This document shows positions 39,143-52,202 of a stretch of DNA of 64,000 bases, one piece after another. The stretch spans positions 26,908,001 to 26,972,000 of the forward strand of contig JBITNC010000001.1 of the NCBI GenBank assembly GCA_050084985.1, written 5' to 3'. Under the pieces are notes generated by a model. That model ran no database searches, was not told where the DNA came from, and was given only the letters and a program-made list of their open reading frames with translations. Made by a program: the position numbers and the translations under genes. The stretch comes from Nageia nagi (Eukaryota > Plantae > Pinophyta). Numbering within the stretch: position 1 is the stretch's first letter; every line of letters begins with the position of its first letter.

Positions 39143-42100
39143 TGTTGTGACCTACACAACTCGCCCCAAAATTTCACAATTTTGGGGACCCTTCGTAACT
39201 TACACACTGCCTAGCACCTAGTCGGTACAACCTCCCTTTGTCCCCAGTTGACTCAAAATCATGCCTAGCACCCTAGAACCTAAGTGTATTCATCTGCCCA
39301 ATCTTGGTCGTGTCATGTTGAAGAGTTAAAATCCTTGAAAAATGGCTAGGTCTAGGGAATCTAAGTTGAGTCTAGGTGAAACTGAGAAACTTGAGTTGAG
39401 TCGAAACCAAGCGAGTCGGATCTGGGCCAATCGTAGGCTTGGCGCATGCTCCAGGAAGACAAATTTTTTTCTTTTTGGGACGTGCGTTGGGGCCAAGAAG
39501 ATGCCAATTTCAAGATCAAGTCTGGAATGACAAATTAAGTCACTCTTGGACCTGGCGCATGCCATGAGAAGGCAAAATCTTGTCTTTCTGGGGCATGCGC
39601 CAGGCTTAGGAAGACACTTAGGGTAGAATGAAGGCTCGAAAAAAGTAACTTAGTGCATTTCGAGGTTGGTGCATGCCTCAAAAAGACAAAATCTTGTCTT
39701 TTGGGAGCATGCGCCTAAGCTAGGAGGTTGATAGGATGGATTTGAGACCTGGAAGATCGAAGTACAGACACCCAGGTTTATGGCACATGCCTCAAAAAGA
39801 CAAATTCTTCTCTTTTGGTAGCATGTGCCAAGCCTAGGAAGGCATCTAGTTGAGTTGAAACATGAAAATTGGTTAAGGCATGCGCCAAGCCTGAGAAGGC
39901 ACCAGGATGAATGAACTTGAAAACATGACTAAGTCCCAAGAGTAGAAGGCCAAAATGAAGCAAATCTAGCCACCTGCAACCCAATGCATGCCTTAAGAAG
40001 ATAGGATCATGACTTTCTGGATCATGCGCCTAGATTGGAAGAGCTGGAGAGATTGGGGCACATTTCAAAAAGACAAAATCTTATCTTTTGAAACCATGCA
40101 TTAGGCTTGAAGGGGCCTCTGGGTGAGATTGTTGGGAAAAATGAGCAAGCTGGACCCTCGAAAAAACAAAAATCAGGCAAGATCAAGTCTCAGGACGGGC
40201 TTCAAGGTCAAGTTGAATGAGCAAAAGAGCTAGGAAGGCCAACATGGGGAGTGCATTCAACCCCAAGGCTGGCGCATGCTCCAAAAAGACAAAATCTTGT
40301 CTTTTTTGGGCATGCGCCAAGCCTAAAAAAGCTCCTAAACCCCCATGTCTGATCTTGGCCAGATGGGCACGAAATTTCTTGTCTTTTTGGAGCATGTGCC
40401 AAGCCTAAAAAAGCTCCTAAACTCCCATGTCTGATCTTGGCCAGATGAGCACAAAATTTCATGGACACAAATCCCGAGGTCAGCCATCTAGATAGTTGGG
40501 ATGCATTTTCCTCCTTGACGTAGTCGACTAGTGTTTGTTGGAAGCCAGTTTCAGCTATAAACACCAGCCCGGAGAGCTCATTTTCTCAAACTCAAATTCC
40601 AAATCAAACTCCAGAACACCAAAGGAAGAGGATGAGACAGGGAAAGACATGACCATTGATAATGCCTCACCAAGTCGGAAGCACAATGTCGACATCGCAA
40701 CTTTAATAAGGTCACTTCATGAAGGTCCCAACCTAAGAACAAGAGATGAATCTACAAATACTCACTATGTGAGTAGGTTTGTGTTCAAAGTCAACAATGC
40801 ACTTCCTGTCACCAAAGTTTCCTTGAACAAAGATCCAAAGAAGCAACAAGACTAGGAGGTCCATAGTTTGAAAGCTCAAACCAATGAAGTCAAGACCTTG
40901 GGGCAGAATAGATCAAAGATATCGCCAAGCTTGCCAAGGAGCTGTAAGAGAGGCAGGAGAAGCTAAGCCTAGAAGGAGAGACCGCACCTTCCAATCCAGA
41001 TTTGCTTCAAGGCCAGGTAGCTATAGGCGGACAAGGGTACCCTCAACCAGCTGGTGATGAAGTCCTTAGGCGTAGTGTTGTAGAGAAAGAGAAGATGGAC
41101 CAACAGGAATAAACTGAAGAGCCATTGAGGCGGGATGTTGCAAGCACAACAATTAACTTTTATGTTATTTTAGTTTTTTGCAATTTTATTTCAAATTTGG
41201 ATCTCAAAGACTTATTAAATTTTGTACTGCCTTGTATCGGATGAGAATTTACTCCCACAAGTGTTGTAATAAATCTTGTAATGCCATGTGGCACTTTATT
41301 ATTGGACCATTGTTATTTTTCTTGGACCGCGTAATTAGGGTTAGGGCAACATTGATGGTTGCTCCAAAACTATTTATACCCCATTTTGATTCATTTGTAG
41401 GGGAATCAACACTTTCACAATTGGAAAGAACTTTGCGTGCAACACAAAATTTCTCTTAATTGTTAAATGTGATGTATGTGGATGCTTTTGTGATTATATA
41501 CTTGCTCATGTTGAGATAGTGAATATGAATGAATGGTTGATAGTGCTATCAGTGTTTGTTCTATCATTGCTTGGAGTTAATTCAATTTACTTGGTGCATC
41601 TTGTAAACTTCATTGGAGCGGACAAGAGATTGTTTGGATATCTTGCGAAGTAATTGGTTGATGTCTTGTTAATGGTAGTTCATTATTTGCAGTTCAGGCT
41701 TGGTCACCTCGGGATGTCTCACTAATGCCACTCACCATAGGAACTTCACCCAAGTCCTTATGCCCTACCCTTGCTCCATCTTGTCACCTTGCCTTGACTC
41801 CACGTTCCATCGACTATGCTATTCGTGTTGTTGGCTAGTGGATCGGATAGTGGGTGCTTGGCACCTACAACGAGCCTAAGTGAATTGACTTCTGAGGATT
41901 TGTCTCAAGCTCGTGAGTTTGTATGCCCACCATTGCATATGACTTCCCACGATCTTTCCACCATTTTTCTTTGTTTTACTTTTCTTTTATTTTACACCTT
42001 TTTTCGCAGTTTTCGCACCTCTAGATTTCCCTTTTCAACATTTACAGAAACAACCTCGTTGAAATCCAAATACATATTTCAGAGTCCCTTGAATCCACAT

Positions 42101-42282
42101 ATGATATTAATGTTGGTGGCAGCTCTAAACATCTCAGCCGTCTCCTGGGTTATTCTCGCATAACTCGCGAAGCTAACCTTTGGGGTAACCAGTACCCATA
42201 GCGGGAGGGACTAAAGTCCCTTCACCTAAGGTGTTGGTGTTTTTCCCACTACTTCAAAGTAGGAAAGAAAAACACCCCAACA
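39143..42282 (+). mobile_element. Unit E: 3.1-kb TG...CA family member inserted in D
   Basis: TGTTGTGACCTACAC ... GAAAAACACCCCAACA, TSD GAACT/GAACC. Shares the hairpin array and terminal ~1 kb with D; only a short decayed ORF. Confidence 0.8.
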
Positions 42283-45200
42283 GAACCCAACACCCTTATT
42301 CAACACACCCACTTGTGTGCTACGGATCTTTTCTCACATCTGCATGGGGTCGACCTTTTGCCAGTCTATATCTTTGATGGTGGCAAATCTGTTCTTTGAA
42401 AACCTAGCTCCTTGTTGGAAGGGTTCTTGTCTCTCACATATCGGAATGATGTAGTCTTACTTCAACCTCTCAAGCTCCTTAGTACTTTCCTTGGGCACAC
42501 TACTTGAGCTAGTCATCTTGGCTGAATAGATGATGGATGTCTTCGGGGATGATGTGCACACTTCCTTGGATGAGACCTTTTCAACGTTACCCTAGCCTTG
42601 CCTCCAAACCACCTGCGCAAGCCTAAAAAGGTGATGGGATGGACTTGAAACCTTAGATGTGATTTTCTTCTGCAATTTTGGCGCAAAAAATGAAAAGGAG
42701 AATGTATTGAATTTGAAAAAATGGCCCCAATCTCTTCATATTTATAGGCCAAAATTAGGTTTTCTCCAACCCTAATAGACCATGTTCCTGCAAAAATCCA
42801 TCTAAGCCATCAAGATGGTCGACCTAGGGATCTGTGCTGACTTCGGAACCAAGGTATGGTGGCTTGTGATTGGACGTGGGGGTGAAGAGGCGGTTTCAGG
42901 GTGAATGCATGCCCAAAAAACACAAGATTTTGTCTTTTTGGGTCATGTGCTTAACTTGGGAGTGCCTGATCTTTCGTCGTCTGACATCTTGACTCTCCAA
43001 CTTGTCTGATTTGACCTTGTGCTCATCTTCTGACCTCGAATTATTCCATACTTGTCTTTTCTAGGGCTTGGACTTGTCAAATTTCACCTTCGTGCTGCTC
43101 TAGGACTCCTCCCAAGCCAGGCGTATGTTTCAAAAAGACAAAATTTTGTCTTTTAAAAAACGTGTGTCCATCCCTCTTGACATTTCAGTTTGAGCGCATG
43201 CCTCCAAAAGTAAAAAAATTGTCATTTTGAAGCATGCGTTGGGTTCCTTTTGCCCAGTGTATTTGGGTTTCGAGCCTTCTGTGAGTGGGACTTAGCCAAA
43301 TTTCATCATTCATGTCGACCTGGAGTCTCCCTAAGTTAGGCGCATGCTATAGGAAGTCAAGATTTTGTTTTTTTCAACCATGCTCCTGTCCTCTTGATCA
43401 TGCCCGAGCTGGAGGCTAGCTTCAAAGTTCCATGCCTTAGTCAATTTTCATCATGAGCCCAGTCTGGACGTCCTCCTGCCTTGAGCGCATGCTTCCAAAA
43501 AACAAAATTTTGTCTTTTTGAGGGACATGCTCATCCTTACGTTACTTCAACTCTGCCTTTTCACCTTCGAGTCCGTCCCAGGCATCTTCCTGGTTTGAGC
43601 TCATGCTCCCAAAAGACAAGATTTTGTCTTCTTGAGGCATGCGCTTGGCTTAAAATGCATCAAGGTTGCCTCTTTCACTCTTCATTCCGACCCAGGCGGT
43701 TCATGGACCTAGGTGCATGCCCTAGAAAGACAATTTTGTCTTTTTGAGTAATGTGCTGGACCTTGGGGTGACCCAGTTTCGTTCCAATGCTTTGCGTAAA
43801 CTCGACTTATTGTTTCCAAACTTAGTCATTTTTTGAAGAGTTTTAAACTTTGTTTGGACATGGCTTGACTGGGTGAATGACAATACTTTAGGCTCGAGAT
43901 GATAGGCGTGATAACCAGGTAGTTGAAGTGACAAAAACATGACCTTATGTGGACCAGAGTTGCTGAGGGTGCCCAAAATCGTAGGATTTTGGGGTGTGTT
44001 GTCTTAGTGACAACAGAGCCAAAGGCTTGCTGAGTCTGAGTGCATCTACCACAATTGCTATCAATAGGTATGTTGAATTGTTGGCTAGGCCAACATAAAC
44101 CCCATATGTGCAGTGAGTACTTGTTAATATGGGTATCAAACAATTATCCTCAGTAATGCACCATCCAATGAACTTTATCTTCCCTTTGACTTCTAGTGAC
44201 TTGAAGGACAAGCAAGTGTACATGTTATGTTGACCAAAATATCATGCAATGCCTTATGCAGATAACCAGGAACTTCTGCTATCTGGTTGGTTAATCTGGT
44301 TTGTTCATCTACTGGACTAGTCAGTCTGTGCTTGTTTGGATTTAATAATTAATAATAAATTGTTTGCCATCAATGAATTGTTTGTGCTAAAACTTTTATC
44401 GTGCTATGTAACAATGATATCTTTGGTCTAGGGAACTGGGATGTTGGATCCATACAGTGTTTAATTGAGGTTATGTAACTAGTAGTTGGTTGTGGGTTAG
44501 GTTGAGGTTACTTGTGCTGTGACCGTTTGATTATGGAATTTATTTATGACATATATAAATGACTCTACTTGTTTTCGTGGGCTTGGCTGGAAAGAAAAGC
44601 TAGAGTCTGGGATTAATCCTGCCTAACAACCATGAAGGCTAAGAGTACTCATCTCTAGATGTCATTTGATAATGATCTTCCTCTACAATAGACCTTTTGG
44701 GCTTGATTATTGAGTTGTGTTTTATGACTAGTAACTGCTGAATGTAAGAGTTTTTATTATTTTTCCAGTGTATTAAGTGTTGGAAACTTGGCATCATCAA
44801 AGATAAAAATCAGGCATCAAAACTAAGTTTTCTTATACTCTGCTCAGAAACACAGCTCTGCCCACGTTTCATCAGGTCCAAACGCAGCCCCTACCGTGTT
44901 TCTAGGCAAACACGACCACGTTTTTTGAATACAACTGTGTTTCCTGTACGGAAAGCCTTTCTTCAATCTTTTTTGCAGTTACGATTCTGTAGGCATTTTT
45001 TATCGCTTCTAGTATTTGATACTTTGTGAAAATAATGTTTGTAACTCCTAGATAGTGTTTGTAGTCTTTAACTATTTGTAGTAGGGATTTGGTCAAGTTT
45101 CTTTTGTAACAGTCCAAGGTGTAGTGGTCTTTCAATGTTTTCAGTTATGGAGCATCTTATGTTGTAGCTCCAAATTCTATATATTTGTAATTTCGGTTCC

Positions 45201-47959
45201 TGAATCAATATATGATAGTAGTTGAATCTCTCATTGTGGTATCAAAGCTTGTAGATCTATTTTGTTAAAATAAGCTTGTGGATACTTAAGTGATTCAAAA
45301 CATTCTTCTTGTTGTTGCATTTGATTATGCATTGGAGTATGACTGTGCAAGATAAGATTTGTTTCAGAGGGGTTAGAATAAACCTGTAGAAGATCATGGA
45401 GATAGTTTACTAAACCCGTGTTTATTTGTTTCAAAGCCTTGTTAAAAAGTTGTGTTGGAATGTGTGAGATTTGTTCCAGAGTCAGTTGTGGATTCTTGTA
45501 GAAGATTTATGAAGTCTTTTACAAAATTGATTGCTTGTTATTCTTGGTATGATGGCCAACAACAACTATGAATTGGAAGCTCCAAATTTGTTGGAGAGGA
45601 TTATATTTTTTCGAATGTCAAAATGAGGACATTCTTGATTGTTAAAGGACTTTGGGACAACATTATTGTTGGATATGAAGAACCAAAAGATTGGAGAAGC
45701 TTTGTAGGAGAAGAAAAAAGAAAAAGGAAAGAGGAGCAACACCAAAACCGCTTGGCCCTCTTGGAGATCAGAAAAGGTATGAAGGAGAACACTTTTCCAC
45801 TCATTGTAAGTTGTATAACAGCTGCAAGTGCATAAAAAAGATTGCAAAATGTTTTTGGGAACTCTTGTGAGCTTGTGTGTGAAGATTGTATGAGAAAGGG
45901 GGAGCCTTGCATCCTCAAGGAGCCTTATGTTGAAGCTTGTGAAACTCTTTTCATGGAAGAGAGTTATAATGAAAATTGTTGTGAGAAACTCATTGTTGGA
46001 GGCATATCTTGTGATGAAGGCATGGGAAATTGTAATGATGAATTCTTTCTTATACAGGGAGAATATGATGAAAAGAAAAATTATCTTAATGAATCTCTTG
46101 TGAGAGTGACATGTTTAAGAAGCATGCACATTGATGATAAATGTCTCATTGAAGAGACAATGGATAAATAATCATTCTATGAGAATAATGAATATTGTGT
46201 TGAAGACAACTCCAAAGTGGAAGATTGCTTGTTTGAAGACCACCAAGATGAGGTGGAGTTGCATGAAGAGTGTCTCATGAAGAAGGCACAATCTTTTGCT
46301 GATGCAAAATGTCTCATGGAGGAGGCATATGTTGAAGAATGTCTCATGGAGGAGACATCATTTGTTGGAGAGGATTCATACCAATGATCCAAAGCTATTC
46401 TCATTGAGGAGAATGTTGAAGACAAGGAGCATTATTGGCATGGAGATGGATCAGCATTTTTCATAGAAGAATGTTGGAATGAAAACCATTTAGTTAGAAT
46501 GGAAGAATGCAGTGCTAAAATAACAGATTTGATTTATTGGCTTGAAGAACATTCACATTGGGTGGATGGAGATGTTGAAACTCACTCATTTGGAGTGAAT
46601 GATGATTGTCTTGAAGAGGCAATATGGGATTTTGATCCTAGAGAAATTGTTGATGATGAAGAGATGCAAGTTATTAGCTTCATGCTCAATGAAGATCACT
46701 CATCAAGATTGAAACATGTTTTGTGTAAACTGAAAAAGAAACGAAAGATGAGATTGATGTGTTTCATGTTGTAATGGCAATTGAGCCATCAATGAAGCAT
46801 GATGAAGATCACTCACATGGAGTGACAAAATTGAAGAATAGGAGTTGTCTTGGAGAGGCAACATTGTACGAAGAGGCAACAAAAGAAAGAAGAAAAAACA
46901 TTTGGCTACTCAATACTTCAAACAAAGAGGTGATGTTTTCTTGTTTGATGATTTATTTGCTAATGATTTCATGAGTAGATGTTTGGTGGATAGTTTTAAG
47001 GCTTTTGTTATGCATGCCAAGGATGGAGAATGTCTTATCGAGACATCATTAGAAACAAAGCCAGATTTGAGGGTTGTCTTATGAAGACAACCATGAAGAT
47101 CTCTCTTCTTGAAATGAAGACAATGTTTGCTGACAAACCTTGGAAGAAAGAGGAATGTGCAGCAGTGGTGAGGAATGATGTGATTTATATGGAGGACAGT
47201 TATTTCATGGCTGTAATTGTGAGAAAAAGAGTGATGCTTTGTGTGAGGAGCAACAATGGATTGTTGCATATGTAGTAAGTCATGTCATGGCTATATGTTG
47301 TTTAAAATTTTGTGTGGAAATATGTGAGAGAGTAATGAGGTTGAATCATCCAAATGAGATGATTCATTGTTGTAAATACACCACTTTGGGAATAAGATGT
47401 ACAAATTTAAGAAAAGATGAGCAAGAATGGTTGTTGAGAATCGTTGTTTTTGACATTGGTGGAATGTCACTACGGGAAGCTTTTGATGAAGGGGAAGTAG
47501 CTCATCAAAAGACACTTAGTTATTTGCAGGAAGAAGAAACAAACATGGATGACAACCCACATGGAAAGTGGAAGGTGTGACAAATAATTTTTGGATTCAA
47601 GATTGGAGGAAACGAAAAAGAATCAGTTTCGTCCAAGTTTGTGATGCTTTTGAACTCCTTGAAGAGTTCCTTCAGCATCAAGGGGGAGAATGTTGGAAAC
47701 TTGCCATCATCAACGATTAGAATTCGGCATCAAAACTATGTTTTCCTACGCTCTGCTCAGAAACACAGCCTTGTCCTGTGTTTTGTCTGGCACAAACGAA
47801 ACTCCTACTACGTTTCTAGACAAATGCGACCATGTTGCTTGTTCAGAATGAGTTTCTTTTGTCTTTTTCCCAATTACAATTCTGTAGACATTTTTTATTG
47901 TTTCTAGTATTTGTTACTTCATGGAAATAATGTTTGTAACTCCTAGATAGTGTTTGTAA

Positions 47960-50900
47960 CTAGATCACATGGTACGTCGGTACACAAATACAAGTACCCG
48001 GTACATGGTACGTTGGGTGCTGAAAATTCGGTACGTTGGTATGACATATATATATATATTCTAAAATACTATATTAACTTGCAATTTGCAAAAAATAAGA
48101 TGATAATTGATATCAGATACACTCATACACATAAATGAAAATAACATTTTAGAAGGAAAACCATGTTTAGAGTCTATATTAACTCCCAATGCCTATACAT
48201 GATACGTATAACATGATGCAATATTGAAAATAAGCCTTTATAAATGAGGCTTTACAAGTAAAACAAGAAGTAAGTAGTTTGTCTGATTGTCTCAAAACAT
48301 GAACAAAATGTAATGCCAAACATGATTAATGGACAAAATCAAATATTGTCTCTAGTCTACTCTCTAGTAGGAAAATATTTTGTATCAAAACCATCAAGGC
48401 CAAAGGCATCAGTATCCTCCTACCATCTTTGACTCTAGGTAGTCATTTTGATCCATACTTGCTGCAATTGTAGTTGATTATCCAAAAGTATCCTCATCAA
48501 ATGTCACTGGCTCTAGATATGGTGCATGAATATCTAGATTGGCTAATTTCAACTCAAATGAGTTGTCCAATGCCATCTCATCTGGTAGCACATTTCACAA
48601 TTTGGTACGACCCCTCTAATACTCTTGCCTTTGCTTGTATAAAAGACGAAGATTGGTGTGCACATACACCAAGTCTTCTGCCCTCTTCTGATCAAGTTTT
48701 CTACGCTCAACACTATGCACCTTGGAGTATGTACTCCAATTCCTCTCATAGCAAGAGGATGAGCTCACCTGTGATAGAAGTCGTAGGGCTAACTGCTGCA
48801 AAGAGGGACATGCTGATCCATGCAATGCCCAAAATGTATGGGGCTTCTTCGAACCCCTATCCCTGATGATATCATAACAACCAAACCTGCCTATACCTGT
48901 AGAGAACTCAGCAAATGCCTCCTCAATCGTATCTAATGTACCCTGATCAGGAAACAACCGCTTGAAAGCTATCTTCCTACCATTTGAAACCTCCTTATCC
49001 ATGTGTGGAGGGAAGCGTCGACTAGGACTAGAAGTAGAATTCAGCCATTCATCACTATAGTATTTGGGATTCAATGAGTGTGCTAAGCAATGAAGTGGTG
49101 TACAATTTTTCTCCCATCTATTAAGAAGGTTGCTGCAAATAGCTGAATAGATGTCATCAATAGAAGCATTAGCAATATTAGTTGCCAATGAAGTATGCTT
49201 ATAAATTAGATGTTTTACTTTTTCAATGACACTATCCCATGCCTCATAAACCTCATCAAGAACAACATCATCTGAATCAGCAAAACGGAGTAAAGATATG
49301 ATTGGCTTAACAATGAGCAAGGTGAAGTCTATCCTCTCCCACCATGTGTCATCAACTAGAAGCTCCTTGATCTCCTTGGATGTCTTTATGTCAATCTTTC
49401 TCCAGAAAGTCCACATCTCATCAATAACCGTCGCCTTTAATGCTTTCCTCACTTCCTTTATCCTCTTTAACATGATAAAAGAGGAAGCAAAACGAGTGTC
49501 TGCCACTCTAAGAAGGGAAAGGTGGCTATGTTTTTGATAGATGGTGAGTGCATGTGTATGATGTACAAAATTCTTTATCAACTTTGCATCCTCAATTATT
49601 TTATACATCCAAGGCAAGTCATATGCAATGGATTTTAGTGCAAGGTTTAGATTATGCACTATGCATGATGTTCAAAATACACTAAGGTACTTAGTCTCTA
49701 AAATCATCCTTGTTACCTTACAAACAGGTGCATTATCAGTAATCAGCTGCACAATGTTATTAACTCTCACTTGCTCAAAAATGTTGATAAATAACTCATC
49801 TGCATAGTGCATCACCACATAATCATACACCAATTGAAAAGATAGAATATGGAAAAGAAAACATAACTAAGTAATTATTAATTTAAATTAAGTATAATGA
49901 CTAGTCTAGATTTTGGTCAAAGAAATCAAAAGTACCTAAGTATGCATGGTCTTTGTATTTTCCTGCTGCATTGACACATTTGATGAAATTTGGACCATTG
50001 GGAGATGACACAATGAAATTAATCAATGGATGGCGAGTTGGATCAGTCCACCCATCTGATACTATGCTCACTCCTGATTGTGGCCAAGTTGCCTTAAGGG
50101 TTTCCAATTCTTCTTCTACCGTCCTCTTAGCTTTGTCCAAAATGGTGGTCCTCAATGTATCAGAGCTGGGAGGAATGAACTGGAAGGTGCACGCTGAACT
50201 AACCCCTTCACCATTTCTAAAAAAAGAGAGAATGTGCAGTATTGAAAGAAAAGCAATTACCATAGTGATACATACCAACAAGGAGGTCAATTTCCTCCAA
50301 CTCCTTCTGAAACATCCTATCCATGCTATAGCCAACAACTGTTCTTTTTGGACCAGATTTGATATTGGTGTGTTTCTGGTTCATATTCATGTCTTGAGAC
50401 TTGACCATTGGGTCAACCATTGGGTCAACCATTGGTGTTTTATGAGCAGCCACTGCTTCCAGTTCCTTCTTGTCTTCATTTTGCAATCCAAACAACTGGT
50501 TGGCTGAGATAGCAGGACAAGCAAAATCCCATGTCTAGACAATTTCAATAGATGAAATCTCACCCTTGAATAACTGCCACGGTATTTGTTTTTACAAAAA
50601 TGGCAAACCCATGTGGCATTGGAATGGGCATGTGTTTTTTGTTTTTCAATTGTCACATACCTCCACAATGGGGTTTTATTCACTTCTTCTGCTTCAACTT
50701 GTTGATTTTCAATAGCTGATTCATGAGTAGAAGTTCTTATTGCTAGTGCTTTTCCTTTTCCCCTTTGCCTAGAAGAAGCCTCTTGAGATGAACTATCCAT
50801 GTGAATTCTTTGCCTTTTCCCCTTTGCTCAAATGGCCAATGCTCAATCCTGGAATGCTAAAACCCTTGCAACTTGAGAGCTGAGTGTGAGTGAGAGAGTG

Positions 50901-51129
50901 TTTGAGTGTTAGAAATGAGAGAGGGCAGACTTAAAAAGGCAAAAAGTCAAAAGGCATGTGAGTTTTTTTTAATTTTTTAAGGCATTTGGAGACCCCCTTG
51001 CCCTGTACGCATGCGGTATGCGGCCGATACTCACGTGGTACATGTACCGATACACGATTGCACCTACCCACGTACCCTGTACGTATGGTACGTGGTACAT
51101 GTAGGTCCCACGCGTACCCTTTATGCTAG
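47960..51129 (-). mobile_element. hAT DNA transposon inserted in the 3' LTR of G
   Basis: 8-bp TSD GTTTGTAA; imperfect TIR CTAG.....A.GGTACG; dense GGTAC subterminal repeats at both ends. Confidence 0.9.
48616..50800 (-). pseudogene. hAT transposase (BED finger, DUF659-type core, hAT dimerization domain), frameshifted
   Basis: WVCHFCKNKYRGSYSRVRFHL; VSIVSDGWTDPTRHPLINF; RVADTRFAS; LALRLLSQVSSSSCYERNWS...RAEDLVYVHTNLRLL. Confidence 0.9.
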
Positions 51130-52020
51130 GTTTGTAACTGTCTTTAGCCATTTGTAGTAGGGATTTGGTCAAGTTTCTTTTGTAACAGTCTTAAGTTGTA
51201 GTGATCTTTCAATGTTTTCAGCTATGAAGCATCTTATGTAATAGCTTCAAATCCTATATATTTGTAATTTTGGTTCCTGAATCATTATATGATAATAGTT
51301 GAATCTCTCATTAAGGTATCCTGATAGGGCATGTAGCAATGTAGGTTTGTTAATCTACTTTAGAGAAAATGTCCACACCTAAAGTGGAAGTTGGGGATAG
51401 TTTCAATGGTGGAAATGATTAGAGACTTGTTTATATTTTATTGCGCTCACCATTTTGTAATATGTAATGTAAACATCTTATGTAACATACAGTGGTTACT
51501 GGTTAGTATATTTGTAATTCTTTATATTTTGGTTGCTAAATATGGGAGGGCACTCTGTATAAAGATTAGGATTTCTTTTTGGAAGATATTAATCACTTAC
51601 AGGTTGCAAGTTATTCTGTATTTCTGTGGCTGTTTGTTCATAATTTTATGACCTTCTCAATACCATTTCTTAAATAGTAAACCATACTTTTCTATCCATT
51701 TGTAGAATATATATGTTTTCATGGACCCACAAGGAAGTCCACTATCAAAATACTTGTTTTCTTTCCTTTTTGTCAATTTGAATATTTATCATTTTGTTTG
51801 TATTAGTTTTTGACATTTTGTCAATCTATTTCTTGAGATGCATTTTATATAATTCATGTGCATAAAATTTGAGTACAAATTTTTTAAACCGTAATATTCA
51901 ATTTGATTTTCTAGTTAATGGAAATATTCAGTTTCAAAAATGACAATATTTATTGTGATTTGCAGCCCTTTGTCAAAAACTTTCTTAAGAAGCATATGTT
52001 TATTTCCTTTTGGCATGCAG

Positions 52021-52202
52021 GGAAAATAAGAGAAAACTTTCCACTGCAAATGGGGGAGATTCAAGGACAAGTTATAGCTGCTGATATTAATGATGATGGA
52101 AAACTTGAAATGGTCACAACTGATACAAGAGGCAATGTGGTTGCATGGAATGCTCAAGGAAAAATAGTTTGGGAGAGACATCTCCGAAGTCTTATTGCAC
52201 AG
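52021..52202 (+). CDS. DEX1: DEX1 exon ([32 protein letters not shown]...LRSLIAQ)
   Basis: gcag|GG ... CAG|gttgag. Phase consistent with both neighbouring exons. Confidence 0.95.

Larger units (their letters stand above)
20635..44015 (-). mobile_element. Unit D: ~5.1-kb (net) TG...CA element of the same family; host to B (with C) and to E
   Basis: TGTTGGGGGATTTTTCTTTCCTAC ... CTTAGTGACAACA, TSD TAGCC/GAGCC (1 mismatch). Its minus-strand ORF continues across the B and E insertion sites (IKDIDWQKVDPMQ...AIKKAFQW...HKPLGDKLFRNV) and is homologous to the A/B ORF. Confidence 0.8.
44778..51310 (+). mobile_element. Element G: non-autonomous Copia-type LTR element (gag remnant, no pol)
   Basis: 5' LTR 44778-45233; PBS tggtatcaaagc (tRNA-iMet type) 45237-45248; gag N-terminal remnant MRTFLIVKGLWD; PPT agggggagaa 47681-47690; 3' LTR 47691-51310 split by a hAT; perfect TSD TTAAG. 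Confidence 0.9.
3104..52020 (+). other. Giant DEX1 intron, 48,917 bp, filled with nested TEs
   Basis: GT at 3104, polypyrimidine tract plus gcag ending 52020. Phase-1 join gives ...[15 protein letters not shown], continuous DEX1 sequence. Confidence 0.92.

Noticed and set aside
39440-40400. Regularly spaced palindromic repeats superficially like a CRISPR array
   Set aside because: Eukaryotic TE context, degenerate repeats, irregular spacer lengths and no cas genes; reported as a TE array instead.
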